From Jimgerdemannia flammicorona (Eukaryota): a stretch of DNA of 38,097 bases. Under the pieces are notes generated by a model, which saw only the letters and a list, made by a program, of their open reading frames with translations, searched no databases and had not been told where the DNA came from. Position 1 is the first letter of the stretch. Each line of letters starts with the position of its first letter. The stretch spans positions 1 through 38,097 of the forward strand of contig RBNJ01000170.1 in the NCBI GenBank assembly GCA_003990765.1, given 5' to 3'. The translations under genes and the position numbers were made by a program. Positions 1 to 11,250 of this stretch are shown piece after piece.

Positions 1-3000
1 CAAGCCTTCACCAAAGGTCCCCCCATCTCCCTCCTTCTCCTTCCCCCAGGGGCTGCAAACCCAATCTAACTATAATATAGTACCAAAACTCCCCCTGAAC
101 TTCACACTCTCCTAGCCAATGTTCAGATATTTGTACCACTCTCCCCTCCTGCCCAACACCTATACAATTCTCACACTCAAACATGCCATCTGCCACCAAG
201 TGACCTGTCCAATAGTTCAGCATCACATTCTATCTGAGGAATCTCCACCACACTAACCAGAACTTGGAGGGAAGCTACTGCATTATCTTCTTACTCCAAG
301 ACCAAACCCCATTCCAATTCCACTCCTCACTGATCCACACTCTCTACCAAGCTTCAGGCCATACATCCCCCCTGAGCCCCTGCATACATTTCATTCCATC
401 ACCAAGCTGAAAATCATCCACCAATGAACCTCCCAGCAGTAGTCTGTTCTATCACTATATCTGCAGTCTTCAGTTCTCCTTCCCCTCATCACTCTGCCAC
501 CAAAGCTCTATTCTCCTTGCACTATCTACCACTCTCTACCAAAAGCCTTTGTACCATATCCTCTTACTCCCATCCATGGCCACCATTGTAAGCAGGTCAC
601 CTGTCCCTCCACAAAGAGAGTACCAAGCCTCTCACAGCCTCTATATGAGCAGCATCCACTCCTGGCCCCTCAACTCACTTGTCCTCCTTAGCCACTATGC
701 TCATAGGTAATAAAGATACTTGGTAAAGTCTACTAAGCCCAGTCCGCCCCTTTCAACAAGCAGAGGGAGAACCTCCCAGCCTATTTGACTTCATCACCTA
801 GCTCAAATTCATAATCATACCATCTTTAGAAGTTGCCTGACTACCCACTCCAGAAAGTCCAGATGATACCCCACATACCACAACTTTGGCAGCCAATATA
901 CATTCAGCACTATCACTCTTTCTGCCAAGAATATATGCCAGCCACCCCACCTCAAGAGAACATTCCTCTATACCAGTAGCTATTATTCCAACTATACATA
1001 GGACAGAAGGGACCCATATACTAAAAAGTAGATCCCCAAGTATCAGACCGGTTCTTCTGCTGAAACCACTGTTTCAATTATGTTGTCACTAACTATTCTG
1101 CTACCTAGTACCATAGTCTCACATTTGTGCCAGTTGAGCTTAGCACTAGAACCCCACTCATACCATTCCACAGTTCTTTGTAATTCCTCCACATCAGCTA
1201 ATGAACCCAATCCAACCATTATATTATCTGCAAAAGCCCCCACTTTTCAACTAATACCCAAAATTTCCAAACCCCCAATTCAATGCCAGATCCTGTCCAA
1301 TAGGGGTTCCAGGGAAAGGGCATATAGAATAAGTGACAAAGGATCCCCTTGTAGCAGCCTACAACCCAGCAGAAAGTTTACATCCCTGTGCCCATTCACT
1401 ACCAATGCTGCTTAACTATTTTCCAAAAGACTGATTAAAGACCTCCTGAACTCTGGGGGGACACCAACACATTTCAGCACTCCTTCTAGCCAGACTCTCC
1501 TCACCCTATCATACACCTTCTCTTGATCCAGAAATACTAACTGGCTATCAACCCCAGCTGCCTGAGCACCTTCAATCACTCTATGGACTCAGACAGTTCC
1601 ATCTCAGATCAACCACCTGCCCACAAATCCTCTCTGCTCCACTCTCAGTACCTGCTGAGTGATCCCCTACAGCCTAGTCACCAAAATCTTCATCACCAGC
1701 TTACAACTCATGTCCAGGAGCATGATTGGCTACCAGTTCTTCCAATCTTCTCTTCTCCCCTTATCCTTATAGAGCAAGGAGACCAGCCCTAGGCACTGGC
1801 CCCCAATCCAAGTTCCAGATCTAAGAACCTCATCACACATTGCTGTCATCTCCTCCAATACTCCCTCCACCCCAGTCATCTTCTTCCAAAAATCCCAGAG
1901 GAGCCTATCCTCTCCTGGAGCTGTCCCCTTACTTGTTGAAGCCAAGACCTCATGTACTTCCTCTCCCACACTGGGGCTCCCAATGTCCTCAGACCCAGAG
2001 CTGGGTCTAGATGCCAATCCTTCAACTGCTGTTCAATGTTCCAGACATCCTCACCCCCTTCCTCATTACTCCATAAATTCCCCCAGTGAGATCTCAGCAA
2101 TTCCAAAATCTTAGGAGTCCCTGCCACCATCTCTCCCTCCTCATCAAGGATACCATCCTACTACTGTCTGATTCTCCAAGCTTGGAGCAATCATGAGAGA
2201 AATCTAGTGGACCTCTCCCTCTCCTCCAGCTCCTGCCACCACAGCCTTACTACCATCCCCTTCAGCTGAACCTCTTCCTCCCTTTGTAGCACTTCCTTTA
2301 GCTTATCAATTTCTTTTTGTATCCACAAAATTCACCAATCCGCCTCCCCCCAATCCTCCAGCGACCCTGCCCACCTCTCCAGAAGTGCTGCCAATCTCTG
2401 TGAAGCCCAATGCACTCACTGCTACTACTGAGTACTTCTCTCTTTCCCTGCCTCCCTCTGGTACCTCTGAGTATATGATTTCAGCTGTCTCCAACAATCC
2501 CCAATCATCAAACCCTGTTCCTGCCACCTACTAATCTTTACAATAACTTCCACCTCCCAGTCCATCCATAAAGAACTCTCCTCCAACAAAGAAGAATTCA
2601 GATGCCAATATCCAGGCCCATCCCCACTTCTCCCAAATCTCCCACTTCCTAACAGACCCCAGTGATCTGACCATGGACACTAAACATATCCCAGACCTTC
2701 ACTCCCCAGTACTCTACTGTCAACACCCAGTCAATCCTGGAGCCCAGTCCTGTCACCCAGTGAGTATAAATTTGATGCTCCTCCCATAACTATCACCCTG
2801 AGTCCACCAAGGAGCTCAACCTCTCAATCTCTATCCAATTGTCCAACCTGCCACTTCTGCCTCTCATTCTCCTCCTACTATTAGTCCTGTCCACCCTATT
2901 ATTATATACCATATTGAAATCACCCCCCAGGCAATCAATTCCTACCTCACCTATAACACCAGTCTCTCTTAATTCTCTGATCCAATCTATATATCCCTGC

Positions 3001-3332
3001 CTCTCAGCTAGGCAATAGCATGATTCAACAGTCAAAGGGTTTCACCCAGGCCTCTTTTATACTCCCTACACCAACCTACTCCTCCAATGTCTGATATCTC
3101 CAATGTCCCTCATCCCCTTTTGAACCAGAATGCCCACCTGCCCAGTCCATACCACTGCCCCTCTCCATTCTCTAGTCCAGTCCTGTAAGTCTATGTCTTC
3201 CTCATAATATATATTCTACAGTAAGAAAAGATCTACATCCAGTCCCTTCAATCAGCTAAATATATTCCTATACTGCACTACTCCCCTCAGCCCATTCACA
3301 TTCAAAGAAAAGATTCTAGTTGTACTATTCAT
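1..3332 (-). pseudogene. LINE A ORF2 (AP endonuclease + reverse transcriptase), many stops
   Basis: Starts MNSTTRIFSLNVNGLRG; contains LGGDFNMV, KGTAPGEDRL, LLQGDPLSLILYALSLEPL, VGAFADN and SSAKLNWHKCE. Confidence 0.93.
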
Positions 3333-3363
3333 ATTGAATAATGTTTGATATGGAGAACTCAAC

Positions 3364-5215
3364 CTAGAATTCTATGCTCATCTCATCACCAGCCAGATCC
3401 AAGTATCTCTCTGCCTCCAACTCCCCCTCTACTACTGCCTGAGCATCCAGTGCTTTCAAGATTTCCTGATACTCTACCTCATCCATAACCTCCATTTCTG
3501 CCTGATAGTTAGTGCATACTACTCACCACTTCTCCAACCCCTTCCTTGAATTCCACAAGTAAGCTGTCCTGTTATTCATAATCCCTCAAAGGGCTGCCTC
3601 CCTCTGATCATCCACTTGATATTCCTCTAACTTCAAGAGCACTGATAGTATCTCATTTCTAATCTTCCTCAGCACCTCCTCTCCCCAGAGAATTTCCTTG
3701 CAATGCCTATCACTCATAACTTGGAAGTCCTCACCCCCCAGCTCCTCAGCCACCACCCCTTCCAGAGTCTTCCACAGCTACTTCTCTTCATTCACTACTT
3801 TGGCAATACCCCTGGCAACTCTTTTGACCTCTACCACAAGGTCTACCAAGGCACTCCTCCTCCCTGACTCATTCCACTCCTCCTCCAATATATCCAGTAG
3901 TTCCTCCTCTCCACTTGCCCTGCTCGAGACACCATACTGAGGATGGGCTTCCTCTCTCATTTTGGCATCCTCCACCATACTGCCCATTCTCTCCTCACTT
4001 GATCTGCCCAGGACCACAACTTGGGCCATCCTATGCTCCTATGCCCAAGCACTCTCCATCAGTCCAGCACCCCCTTCTTCTGTCCCGCTGCCTACCACAC
4101 TCTCTCTCACCTTCTCTAACAGCTCTTTCTGAATTTGCCTCTCCTGCATCTTCTCTCAGACCCCCTTGTCCATCTTGATCTTCTTTCCATCCAAAATCTC
4201 CACTACTGTCTTGGCTTCATACTTCTTCTAATTCAATCTTCTCCTCTCTACTGCTCCTGCCAGATCCTGAAGAACCTTTAGCAAGTCTTTCTCTTCTTCC
4301 AGCATCCCTTTTACCCATGAGACCTTACACTCCACTGGTCCCCACTTGAGAGTTGCTGGCCAGTCCCTCATCTTCCCTGTATTCTCCTTTCTAGCCAGCC
4401 TAACCCTGATATCAACATCTCCAGTCTATAGCTCAGTACCCTCCCAGACTCTGAACCTAATATCTACTATATCTCTATACTCCTTGACTGCCTCCACAAT
4501 CATCTCTCTGGCCCTCTCTCTTGATACCATGGGAAGATCCAACACTATCAACTGCACCACTCAGAGGTCCCAGCACATATATCTGGCCATAGAGACCACC
4601 ACTCTACCCACTATAACCCTCTTCTCCATGGCCTTCAACATTAATGTCTCTTCCTCAAATCTAACCTTGACCCCTTCTTTCCCCTTCAAGAACTTCACTG
4701 AAGCCACCCCCTTCACCTTCTGCACTACTAGCCTCAAAATTATCCTCGCAGTCACTGCTAAGCCCCGGAAGCATAATGTGATAGCGAATTCTGACCTTGA
4801 TATCTTGAGTAATGGTGCCAACACTATGTCCATCATACCATCTGCCAGGTCCCTGGGCCTCATACCTTCTCTCTATCCTGATCTACCAACAACTATCATA
4901 TTTGGATTTTTTTCCAAATCCCCAGTCACAGCTCTATCAGCAGTCACATCTTCAGCCCCTACTCTTCCCCTCTCCTACTGCCCAACACTCCCATGGGGGC
5001 CCCTCTCTGTCCTCCAACAGAAGCTGTTGATGCCTTCCCCAGACCCAACCAACTATCCAGATCAGCCTCTATTCTCTCCAGCTTGACCTTGTCTGCAAAG
5101 GTCATTCTCCCCCCTCCTTGTTGCCTCAATCCACCTCTCTCTCTGTCACCAGTACTGTGGTCAGCTATAGAAGGCCCTGGCATCCCCAAACTGTCACCCC
5201 TCCTCCTCCCTACAT
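3364..5215 (-). pseudogene. LINE A ORF1 (putative RNA-binding protein), decayed
   Basis: Sits upstream of ORF2. Segments MTFADKVK and VLAPLLKISRSEFAITLCFRGLAV; clearly homologous to LINE B ORF1 (VAPLLKKLILEFAVTLCFRGLAV). Confidence 0.8.
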
Positions 5216-5374
5216 GCTACCAGTTGAAGGCACTGCTTCCCCCCTGGCTGATATGCTCACCAGTACATTCATTGCTGTCCATGTTACTAGTCTTCTTTCA
5301 CTAAAACATTATAGAAAAGTGTTGTCTGAGTCTTGTGTCACCTGAATGTTACTGGTGAAAGGTACAGACAATTA

Positions 5375-6045
5375 TCAAAAACTGGCTTCATTTGTATAAA
5401 GTTATATTGAGAACTGGCTCTACTACAAAGTTACATCAGATAGACTAACTTGTAGTAAGATTTATATAGTAGGCTCTCTAGGAAAAGCAGATTCTTCTCT
5501 GAGAAATAACTCAGGTTCTTCTCTTGACAAAGTTACATTAAGACTGGCTTCATTTGTATGAATAAGTTTATTGTGAAGTTGTGTCAAAAGACTGGTTTTG
5601 TAGTAAGATAGCAGACTTCTTGAAAATGATGGCTCTTCCTTAAGCAGTAGATTTACTCAAATTCTTCAGACTTATATGGTAAGTATATCAATCAATCTTT
5701 ATATTGGAAAGTAGACTAGAGTAGAAAGAAAAGCTATTGCTTTAGATTCAATTTTGGACTAAGATTTATTCACTCATATCTCTGGAGTATTTAATACAGT
5801 TATAGTTGCTATCTGATTGCTATCTGGTTAATTATAGAATATGCAGTATAGCTAAATATAATATATGACTTCTATTGTACCCTCAGAGTACAGTACCTTC
5901 AAGATACAGTGCCTTTGAGATTCAGTATCTCAATTTGAATATTTGGTACTATTTATATAGTTCTATAGCAACTAGATAACTATGAGGGTAACTATGATAT
6001 ATAGTCATATCATCTAGATATCTAATACTTATGTTGCATATCACA
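5375..6045 (-). repeat. 3' LTR of gypsy A, partial (about 600 bp missing on the LINE A side)
   Basis: Collinear with 15537-16213, differing mostly by transitions; ends ...CATATCACA versus ...TATATTACA. Confidence 0.92.
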
Positions 6046-6097
6046 TCAGTCTCTACTAAAGAATGGTCTATCCTCAGACTATTCTTTAGTTATTATT

Positions 6098-6589
6098 TCA
6101 GTAGGTATAAGTATCTTCTACATTAATGCCTATACCATTATCTATATTAGAGTCAGGATCACTCTATTCAAGATCTGAGTCTTATTACTCTAGCTTGAAG
6201 AATGAGAACTTTACTTATTGCAGTATACTTTAGAAGGTAGCTTCAATTATCTTTTAGATGTCATTGAGATGAAACTATACTTGGGCAAGTACTCTCTTAT
6301 TGTATCTATAAAGTATATAGATCCTTCTAGTGGCTATATCATTTTGGTGTTTTAAACATACAGGCCTTTATATGTATATAGAGTCTTAAAGGACTTGTCC
6401 AATAGAGAAGTAAGCTTGTAGCTAATGAATCTGTAACAATCTCTAGGCTATAGTTAGGTTTTTGAGGTGCTTTTGAATTTGTCTGCCTGGAGTTCTTTGG
6501 GGTTAGCAGAATGTGTGTATGGAAACAGACAGAGACTACAGAGAACTGAGGATAAGAGTCTGAAGATACTGGTCAATTCTCTGATTTAT
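6098..6589 (-). pseudogene. Extra ORF3 downstream of integrase in gypsy A (164 codons, unknown function)
   Basis: One frame without frameshifts: (M)NQRIDQYLQTL...AYFSIGQVL*D...IATRRIYILYRYNKRVLAQV...acidic tail. Internal stops are all TAA/TAG, revertible to Gln. Homologous motif in gypsy B. Confidence 0.65.
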
Positions 6590-6768
6590 AGTGTAGAGAG
6601 AGATATATCTTGAGGCAGTTGATATATACTAGTGTTCTCAGAGTTCACTCATCTATGTTTCTTAAAATAATACTGATTTCTCTAATATTGTATACAAGAT
6701 AAGATCCTTCCCATTTGAGATCTAGTTTGGTAGCAAAGTTTGTTTTGATCATACTTCTCTAAACTAGT

Positions 6769-8167
6769 TTTATTTTTTATTTTATTTTATTTTTTTCTCA
6801 TTTATTAACTATCTATAACATACCACATATCCTTATACAACATCAGTAGCCCCATTCCACCCCAATCTCAACCCACCTTCACACTTACTCAGTCTTGCAC
6901 CTTTAGGGTATAAGTTGCAACCTCACTGCCTGAGTAACTAGATCCTCCTATCTAGCCTGCCCTACCCAAGAGTGAGTATGGGTTGTGAGCTCCAACCACC
7001 TCAAGTACTTGGCATCTAGTGCACCTGACCTACCCCTATTAGTGCCTTCTGTCTTGCCTGTTTTACCTGTCTTGCCTGTCTTGCCCATCTTGCCTGTCTT
7101 GCCCATCTTACCCATCTTGCTCATCTATATTACCCATGTTGCCTGTGTTGCCATCTTGCCATCTTGCCCATCTTGCCCATCTTGCCTGTCTTACCTATCT
7201 TGCCCACCTTGCCCATCCATATTACCTGTGTTGCCCATGTTGCTCATATTGCTCATATTGCCTGTATTGCCTGTTTTGCCTATTTTGCCTATCTTGCCTA
7301 TATTACCTGTCTTATCATCTGCCCATCTTACCCATGTCACCTATCTTGCTATCTTGTCATCTTGCCCATCTCACCCATATTGCCTATATTGCCTATATTG
7401 CCCATATTGCCCATATTGCCCATATTGCCCATGTTGCTTATATTGCCCATGTTACTCATATTGCCCATATTGCCTATGTTGCCTGTGTTGTCTATGTTGC
7501 TCATGATGCCCATGTTGTCCATATTCCCTGTATTGCCCATGTTGCCCATATTGTCCATGTTGCCTGTATTGCCCATGTTGCCCATGTTGTCCATGTTGCC
7601 CATATTGCCTGTATTGCCTATATTGCCTATATTGCCTATATTGCCCATATTGCCCATATTGCCCATATTGCCCATGTTACCCATGTTGCTCATGTTGCCC
7701 ATATTGCTCATATTGCCTATGTTGCCTATGTTGCCCATATTGTCTGTATTGCCCATATTGCCCATGTTGTCCATGTTATCCATGTTGCCCATGTTGCCCA
7801 TGTTGCCCATATTGTCCATGTTGCCTGCCTGTATTGCCCATGTTGTCTGTGTTGCCTGTATTGCCCATTTTGCCCATTTTGCCTGTTTTGCCCATCTTGC
7901 CATCTTGCCCATCTTGTCTGTCTTACCCATCTTGCCTATCTTGTCCACCCATATTGCCCATGTTGTCTGTGTTGCCTGTATTGCCTGTTTTGCCCATTTT
8001 GCCTATTTTGTCCATCTTGCTATCTTGCCCATCTTATCTGTCTTGCCTATCTTGTCTATCTTGCCCACCCATGTTGCCCATGTTACCTGAGGGTCCCCCT
8101 TCCTCTATACCATAGGGATTCAATTTCCACCCAGACCTTTTGACTGGTATGATTCAAGATAGAGATG
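6769..8167 (-). mobile_element. 5'-truncated non-LTR retroposon (LINE 3' end) inserted in gypsy A integrase
   Basis: A-rich tail on the minus strand at 6769-6796. 18-bp TSD: ATACTTCTCTAAACTAGT (6751-6768) and ATGCTTCTCCAAACTAGT (8168-8185). The integrase peptide LVWRS is duplicated on both sides. HLYLE..QKVW resembles an L1 ORF2 C-terminus. Confidence 0.85.
7041..8087. repeat. 9-bp minisatellite, consensus TTGCCCAT(A/G/C)
   Basis: About 1 kb of tandem 9-mers; variants TTGCC/TCACC/TTACC and CCAT/CTGT/CTAT. Confidence 0.97.
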
Positions 8168-10859
8168 ATGCTTCTCCAAACTAGTACTTGATCTCCAATC
8201 TAAATCTTCTGATTTTTCTGCTTCTAGTCATAGTACTTCTTTTATCTTTCTTGGGCCTTAACAATCTGGACTTGAACTTGATTATATAACTGTTCTGTCT
8301 TTTTGAGAAGATTTCTGAGGTTCTCATGATTAGTAGTTCTGATTCTTTTGGCAAACATCATCTTGAATGGCTTTTATTTGATGGAGGTAGCAGGGGTGTT
8401 CCAAATTTTCCATCAGATCTCAGATAAGCAGAGGTCTCAGTTGATAGGATTAACTTAGGTAAGTCCTTTCTTAATGGTCTGATTCATTTATTCTATCATA
8501 CCATTGGTCTGAGGGTAGTATAATGTGGTTTTCTTGAGATGAATCTTATAAATTCAGATATAACTTATAATTATATTATGTATCTCAGTCAAAGATGAGT
8601 TCTTTTAGTGGTCTATATCTGAGTGTGAGTCTATAGAGGAGGCCAATAATGATCAGAACATCTGCAATTTCCATTGAAAAGACTTTAGGCCACTTGGTCA
8701 GATATTTTACAAATACTAGGATATACTTATTCCTTCTTGGTATAACTAATAGAGGTCTAATTATATCCACTTCCCATATTTGGAAGATATTGTCTGGTGG
8801 TATAATTAGTTGTAATGGTGCTTGATAATTCTTCTTTTCTTAATTCTTCTAACAGGTGTCACATTTCTTGAGTATGTCTCAGACTTGTATTCTGAGATTG
8901 AGCCAATGTTGGTACATTGTTTGCAGTTTTTCTTCTATATTTACCTATCTTTGGTGGGCTTTCTGATATTCTTTTTAGATGAGATATTTTTGTACTTTGA
9001 TGGTTAGAGGAGCTTCCTTTAGAGTGTAGTTCCTCAGTACATCCTTCTTCTGATTTATTGAGGTTGGCAGAAAAGTACATCAACATTGTTGTGAGCTTTT
9101 CTTGCTTTATGAATGATGGTGATTTTGTAATCCTGAAGGATAAGAATCCAGCAGGCCAAAATTCTGATGGGTTCCTTACAGTTGAATAGCTATTTGAGGG
9201 CAAGATGGTCAGTTATCAGGGTGAACCTTTTTCTGATAAGATAATGCTAAAAAGAGTGACAGTCCATATAACTGCAAGGCATTCCACTTTGGTGCTACTA
9301 TAGTTGATCTGCTGCTGATTGGTAGCTTAGCTTATATAAGCTATCATATGGTATCATTGGACAGGTCCTTCTTGGACTAGAACTGCTCTAAGATTATCTT
9401 TGGAGACATCTGAATACAAGACGAATAGCTTCTGTAGATTGGGATATATAAGGATTGGTAGTATGGTCATGCAGTGCTTGAGTTCCTTAAAGGCTAGTGC
9501 TTGTAATTCTGTCTATTTATATAGTACTTCTTTCTTGAGAAGGATCTAGATTGGAGCACCAATTTGGATGAAGTTCTTGATAAACCTTCTATAGTAAGAC
9601 ACTAGCATCAGGAATGATAGTGTTTTCTTTAGAGTCTTGGATATTGGCCAGTTGTTAATCTTCTCAGTTTTCTTTAGGTCTGTATAGATTCCTTCTTTTG
9701 AAACTATAAATTCAAGGATATAAGTTTCTGTTTTCCAAAGTAGTATTTCTTAGTATTGAGTCTCAGGTAGCTTTTGTGGGTAAGCTTGAAGAATTCTTCT
9801 AGATAGTATAGGTATTCTTTGAAATTTGCTAAATAGATTTTAGAATCATCAATGTATACAATCAGATAGTAGTGGATCAATAGGCTATAGACTGAGTTCA
9901 TCATTCTCTGGAAGGTGTAGAATACATTGCAAAGTCCAAAGGGTATTTAGAGGTACTCAAACAGTTTTCCTAGAGCAAGTGAGGCTGTTTTCTGAATATC
10001 TTTGGGGTCTATGGAGATCTCATGGAACTCTGCAAAAAGGTCCATACTATGTATCTGACATCTTGTAACTGATCCAAGAGGTCATTGATTCTGAGCAAAG
10101 GATAGGCATCCTTTTTGGTGACTGAATTGAGTTTCCTGTAGTCTATACAGAGTCTCCATCCTTATTTCTCTGGTAAAATAAGTATAGGGCTGGCCCAAGG
10201 CTAGTTGAAGGTCAGATGACTCTATTGTCTAAGAATATTTCTTTTTAAATATCTTTAGGTAATGGGGTATTCTATAGGGTTTCTACCAGATAGGTATTGC
10301 ATTTTCTATATTTATACTATAGTAATAGGATAGATTGTATGGTAGGTTGCCATAATTAGTGGTAAAGATATCTTGATATTTGTTGAGAAGTTCTACTAGT
10401 TTTTATCATTACTGTGGTATCAATTCTTCTTCAATATTAGTAGAAGGCTTCACTGTCTCCTGGGTCGCAGAGGGGCCTTTTCTTTCTTCTGGAACCCTTT
10501 TCTGTTTTCTGATAAGTTTAGCTCATAGACTTCTATGTAGGTTCAGTTGAGAAAGAGTACTAGATGTCCTATGATAGTTCCTTTTGACAAGATAATGCTT
10601 TTCTAGCTCTGGTTGGTTGCTCAGGAGTGTATAGAATTTATCTTATCAGAGAATGTGTGTCCCTCAATGTCCAGGTTCAGAATGTCTTCATTGGGTTCAA
10701 AGAAGAGGTTTCTGAGGTTGATGGTGCAAATATTTCGAAGGTAGTTTGCTCTCTGGCCTCCAGGATGAGGTTTTTGTGCAATTTGACTGGTTGACAATAT
10801 ACTTGTTAGGAAGTATCCTTCTTGAGATAGTTGATCTATAGGATTTATACTTCTTTCTT

Positions 10860-11250
10860 ATCTGAGCTTCCAAATCCTTCAGCTTGCCTTGTTCCTTCAG
10901 TCAGCTTGGAGACTTCTTGTAATTGAGGGATCTTGACTTTCATGAAGACTACCTGAGCAATCTTCTGTTCTCTGAGGATTCAGTGCCATTCTATATCACT
11001 GTTGTACAGGATGATCTTGATTTTACCTATATATCCTGGATCTATGATTCTCTGATAAGCCCAGACCTTAAGGTCAGTTGGATATAAGTTCCTTTAGATA
11101 GCTGTATAGCTAGTCTAGTTCTGAACATCAATATTCTTCTAGACTTAATAAGTTCATCCTCCAGATTGTAGAGATCATACTCTATATATTCTTGGTGAGT
11201 TTTGGTCAGGGGTTTGGCCTTGGAATGTAGTAAGACATACTGAGCAACAT
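10860..11250 (-). pseudogene. dUTPase domain of gypsy A pol
   Basis: YDLY; IIDPGYIGKIKIILYN (motif III); KIAQVVF (motif IV); TRQAEGFGSSD (motif V). Confidence 0.9.

Larger units (their letters stand above)
1..5347 (-). mobile_element. Decayed L1/Tx1-type non-LTR retrotransposon (LINE A); 3' end lies outside the window
   Basis: Two-ORF layout with AP-endonuclease and RT motifs on the minus strand. The 5' terminus ATTCAGGTGACAC matches the terminus of LINE B (ATTCACGTTACAC at 36865). Confidence 0.93.

Noticed and set aside
4346..5086. 246-aa plus-strand ORF, and the many other plus-strand S/L/P-rich ORFs over the LINEs and 16700-20000
   Set aside because: Antisense shadows of purine-rich minus-strand coding sequence; no motifs.
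6985..8143. Long ORFs in several frames (LPILPM-, HIAHVA-, Cys-rich and GNM-repeat proteins)
   Set aside because: Artefacts of a stop-poor 9-bp minisatellite inside a TSD-bounded insertion; open in most frames on both strands.
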